IMG/VR virus record: IMGVR_UViG_3300022935_000005
Coordinates: 1-64,000 of that record
Length of the DNA stretch: 64,000 nt
Strand: one strand, 5' to 3'
Shown: piece by piece, positions 54,779-64,000 of the stretch
How positions within the stretch are numbered: position 1 is the first letter of the stretch
Layout of the letters: every line of letters begins with the position of its first letter
The notes under the pieces: model-generated
Told to the model about the DNA's origin: nothing
The model's database searches: none
Seen by the model: the letters and a program-made list of their open reading frames with translations, nothing else
Made by a program: the position numbers and the translations under genes

Positions 54779-55147
54779 ATGAGTTTAGATAAAGTTTCAA
54801 ATGCTCTACAAGATTTTGATGAGCTAAAAAAGAAGGTCAAAGATTTTTCTGAAGTACTTCAGAAATTAGAGCATGCTGATGCAAAGAAGAAGATTCTCTG
54901 GAAAGAGATTTATGAGAATGCGATAACAGACAGACAAAATGCTCACGTTCTATTTGTAGAGGCATATACAACGATGAGCCAAGGTACAACTGAGCATGCG
55001 ACGCTGGGATCGACTTTGAGTAAATACCTGGAAAGAATGAACAAAGCGAACGATCAATTACTTAAGCTAGCGGAAATAATGGCGCGCTCTGAAGATGACT
55101 TCAATAAGATTAACGCTGACGATTTGTTCGATCAAATTCAAGGATAG
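54779..55147 (+). CDS. Hypothetical helical protein
   Basis: GAGG SD; coiled-coil character. Confidence 0.75.
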   Translation: MSLDKVSNALQDFDELKKKVKDFSEVLQKLEHADAKKKILWKEIYENAITDRQNAHVLFVEAYTTMSQGTTEHATLGSTLSKYLERMNKANDQLLKLAEIMARSEDDFNKINADDLFDQIQG

Positions 55148-55153
55148 TTTTAG

Positions 55154-56995
55154 ATGGCTAGCAACGTAGGAAAAGATGCGGTATCGGAATCGTTAGAGAC
55201 AAGATCTAGCGTAGCTGACGTCGTCCAACAGCAGGCCACGGCCAGTCCTACACAGACCTTACTTCGAGCTGTAGTGGTGGAAGTACTTTACGATTTAGCT
55301 GCCATACCAGATGAGGACATAGAGGAGCTCAAATCGCTAGTTAATGTTCCTGACTTGGTCGCCTCAGCACCACGAAATTCAATCATTGCGAGAGTTACCA
55401 CTGCCGGCGCTGACAAGAAAGCAGAAGTCGCGAGAGAACAAGTCACAGAGGAAGAACAGCAAAAAGCTGACGAAAACAAAGAGCCGGTTGAGGAAAAAGA
55501 CGCGATAGGGAAGGTAGGTATACTGGCTTATCCGTTCTTTCCACCTCATCTCTGCATGCCTCTCAAACCTGGAGAGCAAGTCTGGCTGGTCACTGAGTCT
55601 CCTGATACACCTTCTAAGATAATGTACTGGATGTGCAGAGTTACAGAGCCAGATCATATAGACGACATTAACTACACTCACTCAGACAGAAAATTTTCTG
55701 GATCACTCGCTCCAAAAACATCAAAGGAAAAAGCTGACGCAGCAACTGGTTCATCTGAAAAAACGGACACTTCACCATCAAGCTCTACAGGACAAGCTGA
55801 GGGAAAAAAAGAAACATTCGATAAGAATGAAGACGGAATAGATGATCGTATTTTTGGCTTTCCCAATGGAACCGGCGAGGCTGATGGTTACACTTTAGCA
55901 GAAGAGTTTGCTTACGAAGAGATTGTCAACTTGGCTTCCGCCTATAATCAGTTTCGTACTCAAGATGTGCCAAGATATACGAAACGTCCTGGTGACCTAG
56001 TGCTGCAAGGTTCAAACAATACTCTTATATGCTTAGGCGAAGAAAGAGGATGGCGCCACGATGACAGTCCGGCAGATAGCGAGACCTCAAACGCGACAGA
56101 GACAGAAGATCAGCTTACTGAGAAAAAAGATCACGTATGGGGAGCAATCGATATTGTTGCCGGACGTGGCAGGTACAACTGGAGAATGCTGGGTGAAGAA
56201 GTCGAAACTTCAACAAGCTCAGAGCCTCTAAGTCCATCCGCTCGCGTCATACTGAACTCTCCAGATGCAGACCAAGGCCGTGAAGCGTGGGTTGAAGTAA
56301 ACAAGAATCCTCAAGAGTCTGATAACGCAGAGGAGAACAGAAAGGATAACCCGACTGAAGGCGACCCGGATTTCTTTAGCGACGCTGCAAGAATAATAAT
56401 TTCTCATGGCTCTAAGACGGACGAAAACTTTAATATTGCGGAGATCGGTGCAACTCTTCCGACTCCTATCGGCGAATCGTTCGGTCAATACGATTTGGTG
56501 AACAAGGAAGGGGAGTATCCTTCTGCGATCACAACAAAGGCTGATGAGATAAGAGTCATAGCTCGTAAGCTTGAAGCAGGTTCACCTGTAGAAGGAGCAC
56601 CAGAAATTAATGGTTCTATACGGCTGGTTAAAGAGGGGACACCAGATGGTGATCTCGCCACCATCATGTTACTTCCTGACGGTACTGTACAGATAACTGG
56701 CTCTAGAATAGTACTAGGTCGGCATCCTGATGATGGTGGACTGGGTGCCGATAACAAGGGTCCAGGAGAGGGTAATTCTCAACCTTATGTGAAGTACCAG
56801 CAGCTAGAAGACTTGTTAACTGCGATGATGAAAGACGTGCAAACATTTTGTGATACAGTGTTGACTCACACAACACCTGGGTATGGTGCTCCATCAGTTC
56901 AATTGAATTCAGCTGCAAACGCATTAAAGGCTGCAATGTCTTCCCGTATAGGCGAAATACCAGACTTACAGTCTGAAAGAATATTCGGAGAATAG
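55154..56995 (+). CDS. Putative baseplate hub/central spike (gp5/VgrG-like)
   Basis: OB-like PLKPGEQVWLV..YW, PGDLVLQG; position upstream of gp25/gp6-like genes. Confidence 0.6.
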   Translation: MASNVGKDAVSESLETRSSVADVVQQQATASPTQTLLRAVVVEVLYDLAAIPDEDIEELKSLVNVPDLVASAPRNSIIARVTTAGADKKAEVAREQVTEEEQQKADENKEPVEEKDAIGKVGILAYPFFPPHLCMPLKPGEQVWLVTESPDTPSKIMYWMCRVTEPDHIDDINYTHSDRKFSGSLAPKTSKEKADAATGSSEKTDTSPSSSTGQAEGKKETFDKNEDGIDDRIFGFPNGTGEADGYTLAEEFAYEEIVNLASAYNQFRTQDVPRYTKRPGDLVLQGSNNTLICLGEERGWRHDDSPADSETSNATETEDQLTEKKDHVWGAIDIVAGRGRYNWRMLGEEVETSTSSEPLSPSARVILNSPDADQGREAWVEVNKNPQESDNAEENRKDNPTEGDPDFFSDAARIIISHGSKTDENFNIAEIGATLPTPIGESFGQYDLVNKEGEYPSAITTKADEIRVIARKLEAGSPVEGAPEINGSIRLVKEGTPDGDLATIMLLPDGTVQITGSRIVLGRHPDDGGLGADNKGPGEGNSQPYVKYQQLEDLLTAMMKDVQTFCDTVLTHTTPGYGAPSVQLNSAANALKAAMSSRIGEIPDLQSERIFGE

Positions 56996-57004
56996 GAGAG
57001 AGAA

Positions 57005-57274
57005 ATGCCATTATCAGTTGCAAAAGTACCGTTAGAGACTCAAATAGCCGCCGCTTTCAAGAGAGTTAGGAATGCTGGCAAAGAAGACGGTGCCAACCCC
57101 GACGCTATTATAGACCAGTTGGCTAACGATCTTGCTACAGCTATTAATGCTTATGTTACTCAAGCTGTCGTACAAGTTACACTAGTTAATACAGCTGTAG
57201 TCGGAGTAGGCGGTGGTGTTCCAGGACCTGTGGTAGGAACAGGCGTCGGAATAGGTTCTGGGATATTGATATGA
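57005..57274 (+). CDS. Small baseplate-associated protein
   Basis: Helical N-half, Gly/Val-rich C-terminus; between spike and gp25-like genes. Confidence 0.65.
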   Translation: MPLSVAKVPLETQIAAAFKRVRNAGKEDGANPDAIIDQLANDLATAINAYVTQAVVQVTLVNTAVVGVGGGVPGPVVGTGVGIGSGILI

Positions 57275-57314
57275 CAAAACATCACCACTATTTTTGAGCA
57301 ATGGATATTTATGA

Positions 57315-57830
57315 GTGGTGGTGGAACAAGTTATGTCAATTGAACGAAGAGTAAATACAAAAACTTACAGTTTCAAATCTGTAGGGAATACAGCCGAGCT
57401 AAAGAAGAAGCTCGCGAACTCCGACCTACAGCGTCCACCTGTGGGTATAAAGACTCCCGTTGCTTTGTCTGAAAAGGGCGGAGCTTTTCTGGAAATGCAT
57501 GATAATTTTCCAGATCAGATACATGACAACTTATTGAACTTGATACTTTGTAACCATGGAGAAAGATTGGGACTACCTGACTTTGGAGCTAACCTGATGG
57601 AACTGACGTTCGAACTACAGGAATCAGATACTCAATCTGAAGCGATGTCTAGAATCAACTCTGCTGTTTCAAAGTACATGCCCTACGTTTCTTTAGAGAC
57701 GTTTACACCGATTATTGATCTGTTTGACAACAAAGAAGTCGCAAAGATCGGAGTCAATTTAGGCTACACCATACCTAAGCTTCGTACCGACCTTCGTCAA
57801 ATTGAGGTAATTTTGTATAGTGCAGGATGA
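57315..57830 (+). CDS. Baseplate wedge subunit, gp25/GPW family
   Basis: NLLNLILCNHGERLGLPDFGANL, AVSKYMPYV. Confidence 0.9.
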   Translation: MVVEQVMSIERRVNTKTYSFKSVGNTAELKKKLANSDLQRPPVGIKTPVALSEKGGAFLEMHDNFPDQIHDNLLNLILCNHGERLGLPDFGANLMELTFELQESDTQSEAMSRINSAVSKYMPYVSLETFTPIIDLFDNKEVAKIGVNLGYTIPKLRTDLRQIEVILYSAG

Positions 57831-57834
57831 TTGA

Positions 57835-59679
57835 ATGGCTATTGACGCAAAAAAACAATTAAAGAACGCGACGAAAAGAAATTATCTTGCAAGAGATTTT
57901 CAATCTTTTAGAAACGAGCTGTATTCACACGCAAAGCTTTTTTTCTCTGACAAGATACAGGACTTTACAGAGCCCGGGTTAGGGGGACTCTTACTAGACA
58001 TGGCTGCATATGTCGGCGACACCATGTCATTCTATCTAGATCATCAGTTCAACGAGTTAAACTGGTCAACAGCTATAGAGAATAGAAACATCAAGAGACA
58101 TCTTAGAAACGCAGGTGTTAAGGCTCGTGGCGCAAACCCAGCTGTCGCGATGATAAAGCTTTATTTTGAAGTGCCAGCAGAGACCGTCGACGACGAAATA
58201 ATACCTAAGAGAAATCTGCTTCCGATAGTCCAAGCGGCGACAACTTTCGTCTCTAAGGATGGTGTACCGTTTTCCCTAACTGCGGATGTTGATTTTTCTG
58301 AAAAAGATTCTGCTGGTAATTACCTGTATGACTCTATCGTTGTTGAAACAGATGATGACTCCAATCCTACTTCATTTGTGGTCGTAAGAAATGGTCTGGT
58401 GTTGTCTGGAATAAGAAAAGAGGAGCAATTTGCGATCTCTAACGTTTCTAAACCTTTTAGAAAGATTATCCTTCCTGATGAGAACATAACATCTATAATA
58501 AGCGTGAAAGATAGTGATGATAATCAATATTATGAAGTTGAATCGCTATCACAAGACACGGTATTTAAAAGAGTAGAAAACGTGTCTGTAGACCGAGACG
58601 ACGTTTCTCATAATTTAGAAGTCATACCAGCTCCCAGGAGATTTGTTTCATATTATGATTATGACACTAAGTTGACATCTTTACAATTCGGCTCCGGAGA
58701 CGCAACCACAACAGATAATGACTTGCTACCTGACCCATCTGAGTTAGCATTACCTCTTTACGGGAAGACTACTTTCACAAGATTTTCTTTAGATCCTAAC
58801 AAGCTAATGCAAACGCAGACCTTGGGAATATCACCGAGAAACACGACACTAACTGTAGCCTATAGAGCTGGTGGCGGATTAAAGCACAATGTAGCGGCAG
58901 ACATGATAAAGACTGTCACTAAGCTCTTCATAAAGTTTCCACAAAACGCAAGTGCCAGTGACTCCGCTCTTGTTAGGGCAAGTATAGATGTTACTAACCC
59001 TCTCCCGGCGATGGACGGAGATAGAGCGCCAACGCTTGAGGATTTGCGGTCGCAAATACCAGCTGCTAGAAACAGTCAGTCAAGAATCATTACAAAGCCT
59101 GATTTAATAGCGAGGATCTACACACTCCCCAATGAGTTTGGAAGAGTGTTTAGGGTCGGCATAAGACCCAACCCTATAAATTCTCTAGCCAGCCAGATCT
59201 TCGTGATTTCTAGATCAAGATCTGGAACTTTAAAAATGTCATCTGACACTTTGAAGAAAAACTTACGTACTTACTTAAACGAATTCCGAGCCGTTAGCGA
59301 TGCTTACGATATACTAGATGCTAGAATAATCAATTTTGGAGTACACATCGACGTAGTTGCCCATCCTGACTCAAACAAAGGTCAGGTTGCGCAAGGGATT
59401 ATATCAAACCTCACTAACCTTCTGGCACTGAAGAATATGCAAATAGATCAACCGATCGCATCTGCAGATATAATGAACTCAATATTAAACAGTGCCGGTG
59501 TGATATCGCTAATAGACTTTAGGGTGGTAAATCTTTCTGGCACGATAGAAGACAGAACTTATAGCGATGTCTCATTCAACGTCGACGCGAATACAATGCA
59601 ACGAATGGTGGTAGGTCAACCTGGATCGATATTTGAGCTGAAGTATCCAGCAAATGATATCGTGGTAACAGTGAGGTAA
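57835..59679 (+). CDS. Baseplate wedge subunit, T4 gp6/baseplate J-like
   Basis: YLARDFQSFR, AYVGDTMSFYLD, LQFGSG, QSRIITKPD. Confidence 0.88.
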   Translation: MAIDAKKQLKNATKRNYLARDFQSFRNELYSHAKLFFSDKIQDFTEPGLGGLLLDMAAYVGDTMSFYLDHQFNELNWSTAIENRNIKRHLRNAGVKARGANPAVAMIKLYFEVPAETVDDEIIPKRNLLPIVQAATTFVSKDGVPFSLTADVDFSEKDSAGNYLYDSIVVETDDDSNPTSFVVVRNGLVLSGIRKEEQFAISNVSKPFRKIILPDENITSIISVKDSDDNQYYEVESLSQDTVFKRVENVSVDRDDVSHNLEVIPAPRRFVSYYDYDTKLTSLQFGSGDATTTDNDLLPDPSELALPLYGKTTFTRFSLDPNKLMQTQTLGISPRNTTLTVAYRAGGGLKHNVAADMIKTVTKLFIKFPQNASASDSALVRASIDVTNPLPAMDGDRAPTLEDLRSQIPAARNSQSRIITKPDLIARIYTLPNEFGRVFRVGIRPNPINSLASQIFVISRSRSGTLKMSSDTLKKNLRTYLNEFRAVSDAYDILDARIINFGVHIDVVAHPDSNKGQVAQGIISNLTNLLALKNMQIDQPIASADIMNSILNSAGVISLIDFRVVNLSGTIEDRTYSDVSFNVDANTMQRMVVGQPGSIFELKYPANDIVVTVR

Positions 59680-59686
59680 ATAAAAC

Positions 59687-61240
59687 ATGTTCTATATCAT
59701 TACAGCTAGCTCTGATACATACATCACTGACAAAATCTTACAAAATAAATTTAGAGCCACCGACGCAAACGTAGGTAGGGCTGGCACTCTGGATCTGTTT
59801 AAGTTATATGATGAGTCGATATTCACGCAGAATGGAACCATAGTGACTAGTTCTGTCAGTGAGTTATCGAGAATACTGATTAAGTTTGATTATGAAAACT
59901 TAGTCTCTCTTACTTCAAGCAGTCTAGATCTGAATAGCGATACTTTTAAAGCCGAACTTCAATTAACAGAAGTTAATTCAGGTGTGCCGGTCCCTAGAGA
60001 TTTTTCCGTCATTGCCAATCCTCTAGCGGTGAAGTTTGATGAAGGTTCTGGAAAGAGTACTTCACAGTTTTCTGATGTCGATGTTGCAAACTTTATAACT
60101 GCTTCCGTAACTGCTGGAACACCTTCTCTATGGAATGTGACGGGCTCAGGCCAGGGTGGATATCTTAATTCTTCTGGTATCGACTATATCACTAGTGGCT
60201 CAATAGGCTCGGCGGAGATTGACTTTGGAGCTTCCAAGACTTTTGTTGAAGGACCCGGTAATCTGGTGTTAGACGTGACCAAGCAGGTCTCTTCATCATT
60301 AGCGAATGATATGGTCAATCACGGCTTCAGAATAGCTTTTAGCGGCTCCTACGAAAGCGACACTAAAACACGATTTGTGAAGAGGTTTGCTTCTAGACAT
60401 TCAAGAAATAGACTTCTTGTTCCAAGACTACTTTTGACCTGGGACAACTCAATCCAAGATCGGCATTTAGACCTACAGTTTAATGTGTCATCATCTTTGT
60501 TTTTAAAGAACTTCATTTCAGGACGTCCTGCAAATCTCGTCAGTGGGTCAGCGCTGACTGAACTAACAGGACAGAACTGTTTGAACCTGAGGTTCGTATC
60601 AGGATCAGGTACGATTACAGAGACGACGTTCAACGTATCTGTGTCTCAACATACTGGGTCGACAGACGGTTCTGGTATGGTAGGCGTATATTCTGGAACT
60701 TTTAACTTAGATGAGTTTAACACAACCTTCTTCGGTAATTCTACGAAATACGTCGATGAGATAGAGCTAAAAGAAATTTGGTCCTCTAATGATTTGACTG
60801 TTTCATTCTTTAGCGGTTCTGTGAAGATCAGAAAGGGTTCTAGAAGCACAGCGGGATTTTCTAATAGAAGATTACATGTTTCTGTTGTGAATGCACAGAC
60901 GGCATACAGGGAAGGTGATGAAGCGAGTTTTAGACTATTCGTAGAGGACCTCGACAAGACACTAAATGAGAAAGCCTATAAGCTTCCTAGAAGAAGAACA
61001 AGCGAGGTATTTGATGTTGCTCATTATAGACTTGTAGACAAAGAAACAGGCACAATCATCGTTCCATTCGACAAGATAAGAAATTCAACTCGCGTTTCAA
61101 CAGACGCGGATGGAATGTATATTTCGTTCTTGACAGCTGGTCTTCCAAAGGGCCGGACGTACACTATACATCTTTTAGTAAATGACCGAGGTATCGAGAG
61201 GTTGTTCAGTCTAGATGATATATCTTTCACGGTGGTATAA
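59687..61240 (+). CDS. Virion structural protein
   Basis: DTYI, RILIKFD, KRFASR..PRLLLTWD; in baseplate cluster. Confidence 0.75.
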   Translation: MFYIITASSDTYITDKILQNKFRATDANVGRAGTLDLFKLYDESIFTQNGTIVTSSVSELSRILIKFDYENLVSLTSSSLDLNSDTFKAELQLTEVNSGVPVPRDFSVIANPLAVKFDEGSGKSTSQFSDVDVANFITASVTAGTPSLWNVTGSGQGGYLNSSGIDYITSGSIGSAEIDFGASKTFVEGPGNLVLDVTKQVSSSLANDMVNHGFRIAFSGSYESDTKTRFVKRFASRHSRNRLLVPRLLLTWDNSIQDRHLDLQFNVSSSLFLKNFISGRPANLVSGSALTELTGQNCLNLRFVSGSGTITETTFNVSVSQHTGSTDGSGMVGVYSGTFNLDEFNTTFFGNSTKYVDEIELKEIWSSNDLTVSFFSGSVKIRKGSRSTAGFSNRRLHVSVVNAQTAYREGDEASFRLFVEDLDKTLNEKAYKLPRRRTSEVFDVAHYRLVDKETGTIIVPFDKIRNSTRVSTDADGMYISFLTAGLPKGRTYTIHLLVNDRGIERLFSLDDISFTVV

Positions 61241-61242
61241 GA

Positions 61243-64000
61243 ATGTCAAGAAAAAAGAACGTTTTCTCAAACCAAAAGTTGTTTACACCAGCTGTTGTAA
61301 GAAAATATACAAAATCGTCTGGAGTCTTAAAAGAACAGACATTGGGCTCTGTCTCTGGATCAAAGGAGGTTAATGATACTCCGTCTGGGTCATTCCGTTA
61401 TGATCCTCCAGGGTCTCCCCTTAAGTCATCGCAACAGCTTCCTTTAGATTTTTCGAAGTTTGAAAATCACACGTTCTTTTCTTCTGCTGAGGTAAACGTT
61501 AATTTAGCGTACGAAAAAATTATTAACAAGTTTCCGTTTGACGGAACAAAGAAAGAGTACGAAGACTGGCTTGATGACCTATCAGGATTTGAGAAGTACA
61601 TTTTAGATATATACCCATCATATACCGGCTATCTGACCTTTCATGGTAACAATGAGTATGTGGAAGTCATAGATAAAGCAGGTGTTATATTTCCTTCTAT
61701 CTCTAAGAAGGTATCTGCCAAGACTGTCTTGAACCCCCGCTCAAATCCAATTTTTATTGAGCTAGACTTGGCAATACCTAGCGAAGCATCTAATGACCAA
61801 TACATCTTATATCATAATTCGAATAATGATGTTGGGTATGCTGCATTCACAAGAGCATCAACATCGAGCTCTAAAGCTGATCTAACATTCACAGTCTTTA
61901 GTGGGTCGACTACTGCATCTGCAACAACTGAGATTGAAAAGGGTAGCTTTACCCACGTCTGTCTCTCTTATGATAACTCTATACAGGAGAAGAGAGCAAA
62001 GATATTGTCTGGAAGTGTTGTTGTCGCAACCTCGGATAGGGTATCTTTTGATTCAATTAGTACTGCGGGAAATTCGTTACTGATCGGATCAGGCTCAACT
62101 TTAGCAATCAGTAGCTTTACGCCAACTCAAACGTTTTCAGGGTCAATCAATAACTTTAGAGTATACCATAAGACAAGAACATCATCTGAAATTGACCGCT
62201 ATATAAAAAGGACTCTTTTTGCCGACAGTAACAGCATGAACGTCTTAAACTTAAGGTTTAATGAGGCAACGGGAAGCTATCAAAACAATTCAGTTGTTTT
62301 AGATTCTTCTGGTGAGAGTTTACACTCCAGGATTGTCAACTACGACGCCGGAATACGCTCTGAAAAGCCTTACGACAGTTTATGCTTATTTGAAAGTTCT
62401 GTATATCATCCTACGCTGTTTCCAAGTCATCCTGACGTCATTTCTTTAAACGAGCAGTTGTTGGTTAGCGCTTCTAACTATGATGCCAATAACCCTAACT
62501 TGATAACAAAGCTTATTCCTGATCATTACTTTGAAGTTGCAAAAGCCTCAACTGGACAAAGCGATTATGGCACAACCTTGAACGGTATAGAACAATCACC
62601 TGACGCATATTCTGTTCCTGGCGCAGCCAAGATGGGACAACCACAGATCATATCAGCTCTGTTGTTTATGTGGGCCAGAATGTTCGACGAATTAAAGCAA
62701 ATGATCGATCATGCATCTGAACTAGTTCATATAGACTATGAATCAGAGGAATCGATAGCGAACCAGCTTTTACCAATGTTATCTGAGTATTACGGTTTTG
62801 AGCTTTCTAGCATGTTTAGGAACGCAAGTTATGACCAATTCTTTGACGGTGAATCTATAGTTGCTGGGAAAGTACCGGGCCTTCTGGCACTACAGAACGA
62901 AATATGGCGTAGAATATTAATTAATCTACCTGAGATTGTACGATCGAAAGGGACACTGCATAGTATAAAATCCCTATTTAGATCCGCCGGTATCGATCCG
63001 GATAGGATGTTTCGATTCGTTGAGTACGGGAGTGAAAACCAACTTCGGCTCGGCCGGTCAAGAAAAAAGATAACAGAAATATCGACGTTACTAGATTTTT
63101 CGGGAAGTATCTCCTACACTCCCTCTGCTACAACAGACGTACAGGGATACAACAGCAACAAGCCAAACCTAATATCTTCTTTCTTGACTGGGTCTAGGAT
63201 AGAAGTCGGTTATCCTGACATTTCTGGAGTAATGATACAACAGGAAGAGTATTCTCCACACGGCATATCCAACTCTGAAAATGACGGCTTGTTCACATCC
63301 GGAAGCTGGTCGATAGAAAGTAGATTTAAGTTTCCTACAACTAGAAATTTTTATGATCCACAAAGTCTTTTACGACTACACACAACTGGATCGTCTGTAT
63401 CGCACAACGTGATTGTGAACTTGGTAGCAGACCCCAATATTGACGAAGATGCCGAGAATGGAATAGTGACGCTGTATTGCCGACCCGGCTTTGAAACCTC
63501 AGATGATCTATTAACTCTCTCTATTAATGATGTCAACATCTTCGACGGAAATAAATGGTACGTATCCGCGGGAAGAAAGAGAAATGATGAGATAGACAGC
63601 TATGTGTCATCAAGCTACTTTCTGACTCTTGCCAGACAAGAGAATGGCGAGATACTGGAATATTACACAACATCGTCTTTGTTCTTGGACTCAAATGTCG
63701 TTGGAGAAAATGCGTTCCAAAAGAAAGATTATCTTGGCACGACGCTGAACGCATCAGGCTCTTTCATAGTGGTTGGAAGCCAGACACTAGACGACTCTAT
63801 TTCTCGCCACTTAAATGATAGCACAATAGTTGAAAAAGCTAGAACAACAAACTTTTCTGGGCTAATGGGTCACACAAGGTTTTGGTCGAAAGCCTTGACA
63901 CAAGAAGAAATGAAAGAACACACGAGGAACTTTACTTCTTTGGGTGTAGAAGACCCTCTAAAGAACTTCGGTTTTTCTCATGAGATCACTGGTTCATTCG
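61243..64000 (+). CDS. Large virion/baseplate protein with LamG-like domains (3'-truncated by window end)
   Basis: Partial hand translation, open wherever checked: DFSKFENHTFFSSA, FSGSINNFRVY, EIWRRILINLP..SKGT, GHTRFWSKAL; absent from ORF track, consistent with no stop in the window. Confidence 0.85.
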   Translation, partial: MSRKKNVFSNQKLFTPAVVRKYTKSSGVLKEQTLGSVSGSKEVNDTPSGSFRYDPPGSPLKSSQQLPLDFSKFENHTFFSSAEVNVNLAYEKIINKFPFDGTKKEYEDWLDDLSGFEKYILDIYPSYTGYLTFHGNNEYVEVIDKAGVIFPSISKKVSAKTVLNPRSNPIFIELDLAIPSEASNDQYILYHNSNNDVGYAAFTRASTSSSKADLTFTVFSGSTTASATTEIEKGSFTHVCLSYDNSIQEKRAKILSGSVVVATSDRVSFDSISTAGNSLLIGSGSTLAISSFTPTQTFSGSINNFRVYHKTRTSSEIDRYIKRTLFADSNSMNVLNLRFNEATGSYQNNSVVLDSSGESLHSRIVNYDAGIRSEKPYDSLCLFESSVYHPTLFPSHPDVISLNEQLLVSASNYDANNPNLITKLIPDHYFEVAKASTGQSDYGTTLNGIEQSPDAYSVPGAAKMGQPQIISALLFMWARMFDELKQMIDHASELVHIDYESEESIANQLLPMLSEYYGFELSSMFRNASYDQFFDGESIVAGKVPGLLALQNEIWRRILINLPEIVRSKGTLHSIKSLFRSAGIDPDRMFRFVEYGSENQLRLGRSRKKITEISTLLDFSGSISYTPSATTDVQGYNSNKPNLISSFLTGSRIEVGYPDISGVMIQQEEYSPHGISNSENDGLFTSGSWSIESRFKFPTTRNFYDPQSLLRLHTTGSSVSHNVIVNLVADPNIDEDAENGIVTLYCRPGFETSDDLLTLSINDVNIFDGNKWYVSAGRKRNDEIDSYVSSSYFLTLARQENGEILEYYTTSSLFLDSNVVGENAFQKKDYLGTTLNASGSFIVVGSQTLDDSISRHLNDSTIVEKARTTNFSGLMGHTRFWSKALTQEEMKEHTRNFTSLGVEDPLKNFGFSHEITGSF

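Noticed and set aside
1-64000. Stop-codon reassignment, DGR, introns or inteins
   Set aside because: Conserved genes are full length under the standard code and all three stops are used; no reverse transcriptase, homing endonuclease or intein motifs were seen.

Overview
This window is part of a large tailed-phage genome (contractile-tail/myovirus-like, standard genetic code, almost all genes on the + strand). It has five blocks. (1) About 1-10.9 kb: a GC-rich (roughly 55-60% by eye) early/host-takeover region. It contains repeated sigma70-like promoters that each open with a 5' hairpin, many tiny ORFs, an expanded family of small SH3/Tudor-like proteins, a MoxR-type AAA+ ATPase with a DUF2201 metallopeptidase-vWA partner, a tRNA-like structured RNA and an acidic peptide ending like an SSB tail. 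(2) About 11.3-15.4 kb: small proteins sharing an 'MKIT..QLR.II.E' leader, plus a Dps-like protein. (3) About 15.4-29.5 kb: auxiliary genes (lipoprotein serine protease, HAD-type PMM, DinG-like helicase, NUDIX, yeaH-spoVR-prkA operon, degenerate GroEL-like protein, Hc1-like protein, sigma region-4 protein, PIN-PhoH). (4) About 29.5-54 kb: two long tail-fibre genes, then about 17 kb of glycan genes (GT2/GT4/GT10/GT11, sulfotransferases, gmd/colD/fcl). (5) About 54-64 kb: a late sigma-like factor and baseplate genes, the last of which runs off the end. All functional calls come from motif recognition by eye; no searches were run.
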